61,473 nucleotides of DNA from a virus: the IMG/VR virus record IMGVR_UViG_3300035534_000060; one strand, 5' to 3'. Both the position numbers and the translations under genes were made by a program. Below, piece after piece: positions 1-7,841 of the stretch (position 1 is its first letter; each line of letters opens with the position of its first letter). The notes under the pieces are model-generated. The model searched no databases and was not told where the DNA came from. It saw only the letters and a program-made list of their open reading frames with translations.

Positions 1-294
1 GCCAATGAAAAAGTATAGTGATGAAGATTTGATCGATATTATGGCACAGGTAGCCATAGAATTGGGAAGAACACCAAGGATGCAGGATATGCTAAATAGG
101 AAAGGTGGGCCATATCCATCACTTTAGCTACTAACAGCACTGGTTAACGTCTGGAAATTTAGAAAAGTTGCCGGACAATGCACTGAATGCGCATTTTTTG
201 ATAGTGCAAAGGGTGTGTGTATATATTACGATGATGGAGAATGTAAAGAAGATTGTGATAATTTCAAAATGTTAAAACGAGGAGGAGAAAATTA
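1..294 (+). repeat. Duplicated terminal mosaic: 1-127 copies 300-426; 128-294 is a slightly diverged copy of 61245-61411
   Basis: Direct comparison by eye; the second part differs at about 5 positions yet keeps an open frame (F->V, I->V, Y->D relative to the 61127..61411 protein). Confidence 0.85.
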
Positions 295-660
295 ATGCCG
301 CCAATGAAAAAGTATAGTGATGAAGATTTGATCGATATTATGGCACAGGTAGCCATAGAATTGGGAAGAACACCAAGGATGCAGGATATGCTAAATAGGA
401 AAGGTGGGCCATATCCATCACTTTATCAGAAGCGTTTTGCATCTAAGAAAGGTGTTGAGGATGGATGGAACAATGCAGTCAAACTTGCTGGATTGGATTA
501 CAACAGGAAAAAACCTGATCAAGAAGGTGAATGTGGTGATTGTGGAGTAAACGGATACACTACAAATGGTCGCCTCATTAGATGGAGAGGTGGAAAAGAA
601 ATAGTGTGTTTAGCATGTTATGCTAAACGATATTATCGACAGTTTAGAAAAGATACATAA
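295..660 (+). CDS. Protein with HNH/homing-endonuclease-associated HTH-like repeat and C-terminal Cys-rich zinc ribbon
   Basis: GGAGG SD upstream; motif DLIDIMAQVAIELGRTPRMQDM...YQKRFAS; C-terminal CGDCG...CLAC; paralog of 1644..1949. Confidence 0.5.
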   Translation: MPPMKKYSDEDLIDIMAQVAIELGRTPRMQDMLNRKGGPYPSLYQKRFASKKGVEDGWNNAVKLAGLDYNRKKPDQEGECGDCGVNGYTTNGRLIRWRGGKEIVCLACYAKRYYRQFRKDT

Positions 661-682
661 AGTATTTTTTTTATACCCATTC

Positions 683-702
683 AAAATAGTAACCTTTATA
701 TA
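683..702 (+). promoter_or_regulatory. Archaeal BRE/TATA promoter (AAAATAGTAACCTTTATATA) for 748..1182
   Basis: A-rich BRE-like stretch followed by TTTATATA about 45 nt upstream of SD+ATG; part of an 85-bp cassette repeated at 2806 and 50612. Confidence 0.55.
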
Positions 703-747
703 ATATAGGTGTGTACTAAGAGTATCAAGTAAATAAGGAGGAATAAT

Positions 748-1182
748 ATGGATTTACAAGAAAATGTGTACAGAGCAAGACATATAGTGGCAGATTGTAT
801 CACTGATGCCATCAATATTAGAATGACTGATAAACCATTCACTATTGATTTTGATGAGTTGAAGATGCACATCAATGATAGAGTGCCTGAATATCGTATC
901 TATGTTGCATTGGGCGCACTCGAAAGAATTGGTGTGATAGAATTTGATGAAGAGAATTTACTTATCAGAGTTAATTACAATTTCATCTATGGGTATAGAG
1001 ATAGTGTTAAAAGGCGCTGGTATGATGAATATGAAGGAAAACCGATAATGGAGAAACTTGATGATATAAAATCGGTACAAGATAAAAATGATTTCAATGT
1101 AATGGATGATTTCACCTGCCAACAATACATGTATATTATAGGCAGGCTTGATCAACAATTATTTTCGGCGGGGTATCTATGA
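748..1182 (+). CDS. Hypothetical protein
   Basis: 144-aa ORF with AAGGAGG SD and upstream promoter cassette; no recognisable motif. Confidence 0.5.
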   Translation: MDLQENVYRARHIVADCITDAINIRMTDKPFTIDFDELKMHINDRVPEYRIYVALGALERIGVIEFDEENLLIRVNYNFIYGYRDSVKRRWYDEYEGKPIMEKLDDIKSVQDKNDFNVMDDFTCQQYMYIIGRLDQQLFSAGYL

Positions 1183-1457
1183 AACAGAGAAATTTGGAAT
1201 TTATGAAAATGTGTAATGCCGCAGATGAATTGAAAGATGACCTTGGGGCTGGCCCATGGTCATTTGATGAAATGGAATTGTATGCATCTACAAAAGGATT
1301 TAATAGATGTCATTTAGAGAACCTTTTGTTCAACATGCAAACTCTTTTGGGGCAGACATACCCAGAGATTAATACGGGGCGCAAATTGCTTCTATGTTTT
1401 ATCATGAAAGAGCAGTATGGAAAAACATGGAATGGCCATATGTGGATACAGGAGTAA
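1179..1457 (+). CDS. Hypothetical protein
   Basis: 92-aa ORF overlapping the previous stop by 4 nt (ATGA). Confidence 0.4.
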   Translation: MKQRNLEFMKMCNAADELKDDLGAGPWSFDEMELYASTKGFNRCHLENLLFNMQTLLGQTYPEINTGRKLLLCFIMKEQYGKTWNGHMWIQE

Positions 1458-1462
1458 AAATA

Positions 1463-1618
1463 ATGGCATGGTATGAAGCGAAATATGAATTAACTGCTAC
1501 ATTTGAATCTGAGTCTATGGATGACGCACTCGAATATGCAGATGATATACCCATACCTTTAGATGGTGAATATACTGTACAAGAAATGACATTAGTACAT
1601 GTATTAGAAATGGATTAA
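1463..1618 (+). CDS. Small acidic hypothetical protein
   Basis: ATG at 1463 just after the previous stop; the track ORF 1394..1618 uses an internal overlapping start. Confidence 0.3.
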   Translation: MAWYEAKYELTATFESESMDDALEYADDIPIPLDGEYTVQEMTLVHVLEMD

Positions 1619-1643
1619 TCCAATAAATAAAAGGAGTGATTAT

Positions 1644-1949
1644 ATGATTAATGATTATACATATACTGATAGAGAACTGATCGATGCTATGGTAGAGTTT
1701 AGGAATGAAAATGGGAGATGGCCAAAACTCAGGGATATGAGAGGCCCCGAATGGCCCGGGCGTACAACATATGCTACCAGATTTGCCACTGAGGAAGGTA
1801 AACAGGATGGATTTGGTGTTGCCCTGACATTGGCACAAAGTGTCTATGAAATGGAGCAGCGTATTGCTGAGGCTGAACAGATGCGTAAAGAAAGTAAACT
1901 TCTTTATCGTGCTGTAAAATTTGTAAAGAAGATTTTTGGGGTGGCATAA
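1644..1949 (+). CDS. HNH-associated HTH-like repeat protein (paralog of 295..660)
   Basis: AAGGAG SD; motif ELIDAMVEFRNENGRWPKLRDM...YATRFATEEG parallels 295..660. Confidence 0.5.
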   Translation: MINDYTYTDRELIDAMVEFRNENGRWPKLRDMRGPEWPGRTTYATRFATEEGKQDGFGVALTLAQSVYEMEQRIAEAEQMRKESKLLYRAVKFVKKIFGVA

Positions 1950-2158
1950 TGCTGCCCATTTATTCTTGCGCTATATGCGGCATCCCAGTGAAAAGTGGTA
2001 AAGTAATTGATTACTATAATAAAAATCTTGAATCTGTGAAAGGTACAGCATATGTTCACTATGATTGTATGAGTAGATTTGAAGATTATATGACCGGGAT
2101 GGGTATGATACCAGAAAATATTGCAGATTTTAACTCCATTTATAATAAGGGGGTATGA
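1949..2158 (+). CDS. Small Cys/His-containing protein
   Basis: 69-aa ORF overlapping the previous stop; CAICG...HYDC possible metal-binding pairs. Confidence 0.35.
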   Translation: MLPIYSCAICGIPVKSGKVIDYYNKNLESVKGTAYVHYDCMSRFEDYMTGMGMIPENIADFNSIYNKGV

Positions 2159-2219
2159 TTCAAACATACAACCAAAAAATATAATACACATTAAATAAAT
2201 ATTAGAGAGTGGTGAGAAT

Positions 2220-2786
2220 ATGGGCTATAAACGTACCCGTGATGATTTTATCGCAGAATTGGACATTATACATAACCAAAGAAGGCATGAAGTGCCGCCC
2301 CTTAGATTTGTAGAGGGTAATGAAGGGCTCGATGTAGAAATTCTTAGGAATGATATATGGAATGCATGGCTTGAAAAAATTCCGGTGAGGCAAATTGCTA
2401 ATGCAGCAGAAGTAGAACCATCCACAGTAAATAGGCATCTTAATAAATGTAAGAAGATGTATGATAAATGGGTCACTGAAAATGGGCTTGATCTTCATGG
2501 CGACCCTGCAAATAGGCTTGAGGATGCCATATCAGACATTCAGAAAGAGATGGATGAATTGGAAGAGCAAGCACAGGAATGTAAAGCAGAAGGCGATGTC
2601 CGAGGCTACAAGGAATTAAAAAAACTTAAACATGAATTGCGTAAGGAAATGACCAAGTTTATGGGTGTAGAACCTGAGAAGAAACTTAATGTAGAAGTCA
2701 CTAGTGCCGAGGAAACCAGAAGGAAGATGGCTGAATTATTCCCATCGGATGAAGTAATTGACCCGGAGGAAGAAGATGAGGGCTAA
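2220..2786 (+). CDS. Putative HTH DNA-binding protein with acidic coiled-coil C-terminus
   Basis: VRQIANAAEVEPSTVNRHLNK helix-turn-helix-like segment; charged heptad-like C-terminal half. Confidence 0.45.
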   Translation: MGYKRTRDDFIAELDIIHNQRRHEVPPLRFVEGNEGLDVEILRNDIWNAWLEKIPVRQIANAAEVEPSTVNRHLNKCKKMYDKWVTENGLDLHGDPANRLEDAISDIQKEMDELEEQAQECKAEGDVRGYKELKKLKHELRKEMTKFMGVEPEKKLNVEVTSAEETRRKMAELFPSDEVIDPEEEDEG

Positions 2787-2823
2787 ACGTAGAGGTGGCC
2801 CTTAATTTTTTTTACCCTAATTC

Positions 2824-2843
2824 AAAATAGAAACGTATATATA
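2824..2843 (+). promoter_or_regulatory. Archaeal BRE/TATA promoter (AAAATAGAAACGTATATATA)
   Basis: Second copy of the T-tract/promoter/leader cassette, ending in AATAAGGAGGAATATT-ATG at 2879. Confidence 0.5.
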
Positions 2844-3065
2844 AGATGCCTGCATAGTAGGTGTATCGAATAAATAAGGAGGAATATTATGATAGGAAGA
2901 AAAATAAGAATAGTATTGGTTCACATTAGAATGGCATTACACCCAAGTTGGGTGAGTTATGGTATTGAAGATGTCGCATATATTGAAGGTTATGTAACAT
3001 TCTTGCAATGGCTGGGTTTGAGGTGATTATGTGAGGATGTGGAATATTAATCGGAGGGAGATTAA

Positions 3066-3308
3066 ATGAATAAGAAAAATGTAATTATGGATTCAATACC
3101 ATTGGAGTTTATTAAGGATTTTAATTTCCTTACTCCGACACAAGCAATAATCGTATACTTGCATGATGAGCAGGATCTAGATTTTAATGATATTGCAAGT
3201 GTGCTAGGTAGGTATGGTCATAATATAAGAGCACAATATGATATAGCATCGGATAAGATCGATAGTCAGTTTAAAGAATTAGTTAAGGAATTAGAAGGTA
3301 AAGTGTAA
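3066..3308 (+). CDS. Small HTH protein (sigma-70 region-4-like)
   Basis: GGAGGGAG SD; LTPTQAIIVYLHDEQDLDFNDIASVLG resembles region-4 HTH. Confidence 0.4.
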   Translation: MNKKNVIMDSIPLEFIKDFNFLTPTQAIIVYLHDEQDLDFNDIASVLGRYGHNIRAQYDIASDKIDSQFKELVKELEGKV

Positions 3309-3432
3309 ATAGTATTAACACATATACTATATTGAGGTATGAAGTATGCATTTTAACTCAACAGGCGAGAAGTAATCCCAAAGAAGAATGGTATTCTATA
3401 GAGGGTAAAATGAAACATTATTGTAAAAATGG

Positions 3433-3639
3433 GTGTGGGAAGGTGAAGTGGAAATGAGGATGTGGAATATCAATCCAAGGTACATGTGCCGTAAGCATCT
3501 GTTGGGCGAGCATGTTGAAACACATATGCTTGTCGGCAGCCTAAGAAAAGAAAAAAGTGTGCAAGGTATCAATGAAGTGGAGGAATGGTTTGATTCGCTG
3601 GATGAAGATGAGAAGGTAGAAGTTGTTGAATATGCGTAG
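3433..3639 (+). CDS. T4 endonuclease V-like (pyrimidine-dimer DNA glycosylase family) N-terminal region, apparently truncated; ends in TAG
   Basis: MRMWNINPRYMCRKHLLGEHVE matches the MRLWSLHPKYL...LW.E N-terminal pattern of this family as recalled; only about 61 aa; one of two TAG-terminated ORFs. Confidence 0.35.
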   Translation: MWEGEVEMRMWNINPRYMCRKHLLGEHVETHMLVGSLRKEKSVQGINEVEEWFDSLDEDEKVEVVEYA

Positions 3640-3812
3640 AATATGAAACCATTTATAGAAATGATAATAAAGAAACATAAGGAGGAAATTGAATGAAAGG
3701 ACAAAAATTTTATCTGTTAAAGCAGAAGACTCCTTCCGTAAGGGAGGAGATGAATGCGTCAATGGGTGTTTAACACAATGTTTAAATAGTATTAAAACTA
3801 ATATATTTTCTG

Positions 3813-4925
3813 ATGTTAAAGGCTTACAAGTATAGAATGTATCCTGATGAAAAACAAATTGAAATGTTCCATAAACATTTTGGGGCATGTAGATACATCT
3901 ATAATTGGGCGTTGGAAAATAAAATTAAATCTTATGAACAAGAAGGCAAATCGATTTCAAGATTTGAATTAAATGGGAAAATTCGGATGTTGAAAATGGA
4001 GTTCGAATGGTTGAAAGAAATTAATTCTCAATCATTGCAAGGTGCTACTCTTAATCTGGATAATGCTTTTACCAAGTTTTTCCGTGAGAAAAAGGGTTTT
4101 CCTAAATTTAAATCAAAGAAAAATCCGGTACAATCATTTTCTGTTCCACAACATTATGAGGTGGATTTTGATGGTAACAAAGTGAAACTTCCCAAAATTG
4201 GTTGGATTAAGACAAAGTTACATAGACGTTTTGAAGGTAATTTGAAAACTGCAACAATATCAAAAACACCATCTGGTAAATATTTCATTAGTATTCTTGT
4301 AGATGACGAAAAAGATTTGCCTGCCAAACAAAAGTTTAATGAAAACAATACGGTTGGTATTGATGTGGGAATTAAGGATTTTGCCATTACTTCTAATGGT
4401 GAAAAAATAGATAATCCCAAGCATCTTAATAATTCAATAAAACGTTTGAAAGTATTGCAAAAGCGTCTCTCACGAAAACAAAAAGGTTCAAAAAACAGAG
4501 AAAAAGCAAGACAGGAGATAGCAAAACTTCATGAGAAAATCGCAAATCAGAGAAATGATTTCCAGCACAAGTTGACAAGTCGACTCATAAGCGAAAACCA
4601 AGCGATTGCACTGGAAACATTAAACATATCTGGAATGTTGAAAAATCATTGTCTTGCACAATCCATTAATGATGTATCATGGAGTTCTTTTGTAACCAAA
4701 TTGGAATATAAAGCAGAATGGTACGGAAAAACAATTCTCCGTATCGGACAGTTCGAGCCATCTACTAAAATATGCAATATCTGTGGGTATCATAACAAAA
4801 AGATTACACTTGCAGACCGTAAATGGCAATGTCCTGATTGTGGTGAAACTCATGACAGAGATGTCAATGCTGCAATTAACATTAAGAAGTTTGCCTTAAA
4901 TAAACAGAATTTGATAGGTATTTGA
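3813..4925 (+). CDS. tnpB: TnpB (OrfB) RNA-guided endonuclease-like protein
   Basis: N-terminal LKAYKYRMYPDEKQ; RuvC-like GIDVGIKD, ALETLN, HDRDVNAA; zinc finger CNICGYH...CPDCGETH. Confidence 0.85.
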   Translation: MLKAYKYRMYPDEKQIEMFHKHFGACRYIYNWALENKIKSYEQEGKSISRFELNGKIRMLKMEFEWLKEINSQSLQGATLNLDNAFTKFFREKKGFPKFKSKKNPVQSFSVPQHYEVDFDGNKVKLPKIGWIKTKLHRRFEGNLKTATISKTPSGKYFISILVDDEKDLPAKQKFNENNTVGIDVGIKDFAITSNGEKIDNPKHLNNSIKRLKVLQKRLSRKQKGSKNREKARQEIAKLHEKIANQRNDFQHKLTSRLISENQAIALETLNISGMLKNHCLAQSINDVSWSSFVTKLEYKAEWYGKTILRIGQFEPSTKICNICGYHNKKITLADRKWQCPDCGETHDRDVNAAINIKKFALNKQNLIGI

Positions 4926-5045
4926 AGCACCGTAGGAACTACGGGGAGAGCCTGTGGACTTGTTTCCGTTGGGAAAAGGAATGAAGCAGGAAGCACCATG
5001 CGTAAGCGTGGTGTAGTTCACGGGAAGGGTACAGTAGCACATGTG
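4926..5045 (+). ncRNA. Candidate TnpB guide (omega/right-end) RNA scaffold
   Basis: Locally GC-rich, hairpin-prone stretch (e.g. CCGTAGGAACTACGG) directly 3' of tnpB in an AT-rich genome; exact ends unknown. Confidence 0.3.
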
Positions 5046-5293
5046 CAAGATGCTATGTCAAGTTATGTAGTAGATGCATTCATAGATAATCCTGAAAAGG
5101 ATTGTGTAGTGACTGATATATGTAAAAGGCTGCCCATAGGCACAAAAGTTAGCATTACTGTAGAGGTACTGGAATGAATTATGACCCGAATGCTGCCGTT
5201 TGGGGATTAATTGTAGGTGCTGTATATATTGGAGTAAATGTATTTGCAGCAAAATTGGCCGAAAGGAAAAAGAATAAAGATAGGAGTGATTGA

Positions 5294-5638
5294 ATGAGAG
5301 AACTTAAATTCCGTATATGGTGCGAAGAATGGAATAAATTTTTGTATTGGGGATATGTAGATGATATGCTTGTACCTGCCCAATTGCCTGATCATTCTTT
5401 GTTATATATTGAAGAGCATTCTGAGCAACGTCTCAACATATTTGATATAAATGGGTATGCGCCATATGAGAAAGATATAATTAGGAATTATAGGCCAGAT
5501 GGTACTTACACAGTTGAAGTAATTCATGATATGGAAGAATGGCTTCAAAATTTTGGGTATGCTGAAGAAGAATTTGCCGAATATGATGAAATTGAAATTA
5601 TTGGTAATATTCATGAGCACCCAAAACTAATACCTTAA
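5294..5638 (+). CDS. YopX-family protein
   Basis: N-terminal MRELKFRIW and C-terminal IIGNIHEHPKL match YopX hallmarks. Confidence 0.6.
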   Translation: MRELKFRIWCEEWNKFLYWGYVDDMLVPAQLPDHSLLYIEEHSEQRLNIFDINGYAPYEKDIIRNYRPDGTYTVEVIHDMEEWLQNFGYAEEEFAEYDEIEIIGNIHEHPKLIP

Positions 5639-6170
5639 TTTTTTTTATTCTTTTTAATAAAGTAAAGTTGTTTTGTAGTTCATATTATCGGATTTCTGTT
5701 TACTTTAATATTATAGTATATTACTATTATTTACCTATGTGAAACTATTTGTTCACCTATATAAATGTAATTATACTCTGATGTATATATTAAATTTCGA
5801 TAGGTGGGCTGATAGTATTTAATATAAAAACTTGCATCAAAATTTTGAAAAATTATTTTTTTTCTGTGTACTTTAATATTATAGTAATAAGTATTCTATA
5901 TTGTATTATGATATATCACATGTAATAATAATTTATACTGTAAATACAAGGGGCCCAATTTTTCAACCGAAAAAGGGCCAATTTTTTAGGCCCCTTGACT
6001 TAAAGTACACAGAAATAAAGTAGTACATGTCCTAATAATTAAAAACTAATAACAAAAAACATTATCAGGAGAACGATTAGGAAATAAAAACCTTTAATCG
6101 TTATAGGTTTAAACGTTTAAGGTTTTTCATTTATTTTCCCATTAATGTTGAAACCAAACCTATTTATAGA

Positions 6171-6416
6171 ATGGGTGTGTATTTAGAATCGGTGATTAAT
6201 GTGAATATAGAAAGAAATGTAACATTTGATTTGAATGGCCTAAGTATGGAAGAACTGAGCATCCTCAGAGATTCCTTGGAAGAGTCTATTGAAAAATTGG
6301 ATGAATTGTATCAGGATGTCTATAATTTTGAGGCACAACAGAAAAGAGATCGCTATAGTAAAGTCTATAATGTGATTACTGGCGCAATAGATGCTGAATG
6401 GGAAATGTCGAGGTGA
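6171..6416 (+). CDS. Hypothetical protein
   Basis: 81-aa ORF starting about 25 nt after an AAACCTATTTATA promoter (leaderless-like). Confidence 0.4.
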   Translation: MGVYLESVINVNIERNVTFDLNGLSMEELSILRDSLEESIEKLDELYQDVYNFEAQQKRDRYSKVYNVITGAIDAEWEMSR

Positions 6417-6420
6417 TGAT

Positions 6421-6585
6421 ATGGAAGAAATAATTGAAGGGTTCGCTGTAATCATAGTAGCATTTGTGGTGATTATGATACAAGCGGCCATATATGCTCT
6501 ATTAATTTATGGTGTGCTATGGTTCTTAGGCTTGCTATTGGGTGTAGATGTGACTGATGTGATTGTAAATTATATGCAGAGGTGA
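6421..6585 (+). CDS. Small membrane protein
   Basis: Hydrophobic core AVIIVAFVVIMIQAAIYALLIYGVLWFLGLLLG; start context AGGTGATGAT-ATGGAAGAAAT repeated at 6590. Confidence 0.4.
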   Translation: MEEIIEGFAVIIVAFVVIMIQAAIYALLIYGVLWFLGLLLGVDVTDVIVNYMQR

Positions 6586-6589
6586 TGAT

Positions 6590-6931
6590 ATGGAAGAAAT
6601 GACTGAAAAATTTGCGGAAGAGATGGAAGAGTATTTGGCCGATAGAGATATTTCCCTTGATGGTGTTAGTGATCGTTATTTGAAATATACTTTGCAGAAG
6701 ATGCTCAAGGAAGAGGCTGACCCTGCTGAAATGGCGGGCATATGCCTGTTGATGTATCAGCGTAAGAATAATGAAATAGAAAAGTTGGCCAAATTCTTGT
6801 ATATGGATGCCAATGAAGGTAGTTCATGGAATAATATCGATCATTTTGTTAAAGTTGCGTGGAGAATGGAGGCGCAATCTATGCTTAGAAAAGTCGCTCT
6901 ATATGAAAAATTTAAGGAGTCGTGCAAATGA
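6590..6931 (+). CDS. Hypothetical protein
   Basis: 113-aa ORF with the same 22-nt start context as the 6421 ORF. Confidence 0.45.
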   Translation: MEEMTEKFAEEMEEYLADRDISLDGVSDRYLKYTLQKMLKEEADPAEMAGICLLMYQRKNNEIEKLAKFLYMDANEGSSWNNIDHFVKVAWRMEAQSMLRKVALYEKFKESCK

Positions 6932-7092
6932 ATAAGGAAGATGTGCGCATATTTGGGTACGCCTGCATCCTTGTGGGTGTGCCCTATGGCTTCCTTGTGT
7001 GGGCTGATGCCATTAATTATAGTTTGATGGGGCCTGCGTATGCCATTGGAATAACTTTGGGCGGCCTGTTGATTGCGCTGTTGGCGAGGTGA
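6928..7092 (+). CDS. Small membrane protein
   Basis: 54-aa hydrophobic ORF overlapping the previous stop (ATGA). Confidence 0.3.
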   Translation: MNKEDVRIFGYACILVGVPYGFLVWADAINYSLMGPAYAIGITLGGLLIALLAR

Positions 7093-7096
7093 CCCA

Positions 7097-7353
7097 TGGG
7101 GGTAATTGGTCTATAATTATATTTTCTATTTTTAAGGGGTCTTCGGATGGGGGTATCTTTTTTATACTGGTCGGCTGATTGCGATTTTATTTTTGGGCTG
7201 ACCGAAAATTTTTTGTAGGATGACAAATTGCATATGTAACCGATTTGTTACGCATTGGCTGATAGCGATTTTGACCAGTGGGGGTAAAATGCCAATGGGG
7301 GTATTTTTGTGGAAAGGGGTATTTTGAATGGGGGTCAAATTTGAGATGGGGTA
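7097..7353 (+). repeat. Array of about 7 TGGGGGTA-type motifs plus two GGCTGAT(T/A)GCGATTTT repeats
   Basis: Motif copies at about 7097, 7148, 7279, 7296, 7315, 7329, 7347; direct repeats at 7173-7188 and 7257-7272. Confidence 0.7.
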
Positions 7354-7684
7354 TAATGTGGATAAATTTGCCGTTTTTTGGCCTTCAGATTATATCCAGA
7401 TAAGCCTGAGAACGAACAGAGATAGCCATGACAAGCATTTTGACCCTCTACACGACCTATGACCCTCGTAGAGAATTTAAACGCCACACAGACGCTCTCA
7501 CAGCCCCAAAATAGGCCATTCTATCGCCCGCTATCGAAAGCAATATCACAAATATTATTGATGCCCACTGATTTTCGCTATCGGTAGGCACATTTCCTCG
7601 GCCTAATGCCACAAAATTCACTCAATTTTATAACAATTCATACGATCACAATTAAATTCGGACATAAAAATAAAAACTTAATTT

Positions 7685-7813
7685 AAAAATCGTGACAATT
7701 TTGGGCAAAACAATTACTATCAAATAAATTTTTAAAAATCGTGACAAACATTTTAAAAATCGTGATAAAGTTTAAAAATCGTGATTAAAAATCGTGATTA
7801 AAAATCGTGACAA
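7685..7813 (+). repeat. Iteron array: 6 copies of AAAAATCGTGA(C/T)(A/T), last three tandem with 14-bp period
   Basis: Copies at about 7685, 7734, 7755, 7774, 7787, 7800 in an ORF-free region. Confidence 0.8.
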
Positions 7814-7841
7814 AGGTTGGGCCCTTTTAGACTGTAACGGC

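Larger units (their letters stand above)
3700..5045 (+). mobile_element. IS200/IS605-family TnpB-only element (boundaries approximate; no TnpA)
   Basis: tnpB ORF plus GC-rich structured 3' flank; no HuH Y1 transposase ORF nearby. Confidence 0.45.

Noticed and set aside
2220-2786. Small terminase subunit assignment for the HTH protein
   Set aside because: It has an HTH and coiled coil like many small terminase subunits but lies far from the large terminase gene; no gene adjacent to 17790 looks like a small subunit either. Left as an HTH protein.
3637-3696. TAG readthrough of the endoV-like ORF as a second recoding example
   Set aside because: The 18-codon extension (NMKPFIEMIIKKHKEEIE) shows no resemblance to the expected family C-terminus, so it does not independently support recoding; truncation is simpler here.
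7685-7813. Possible CRISPR array suggested by tandem AAAAATCGTGA repeats
   Set aside because: Repeat unit is only 13-14 bp with essentially no unique spacers, and no cas genes are present; iterons are the better explanation.
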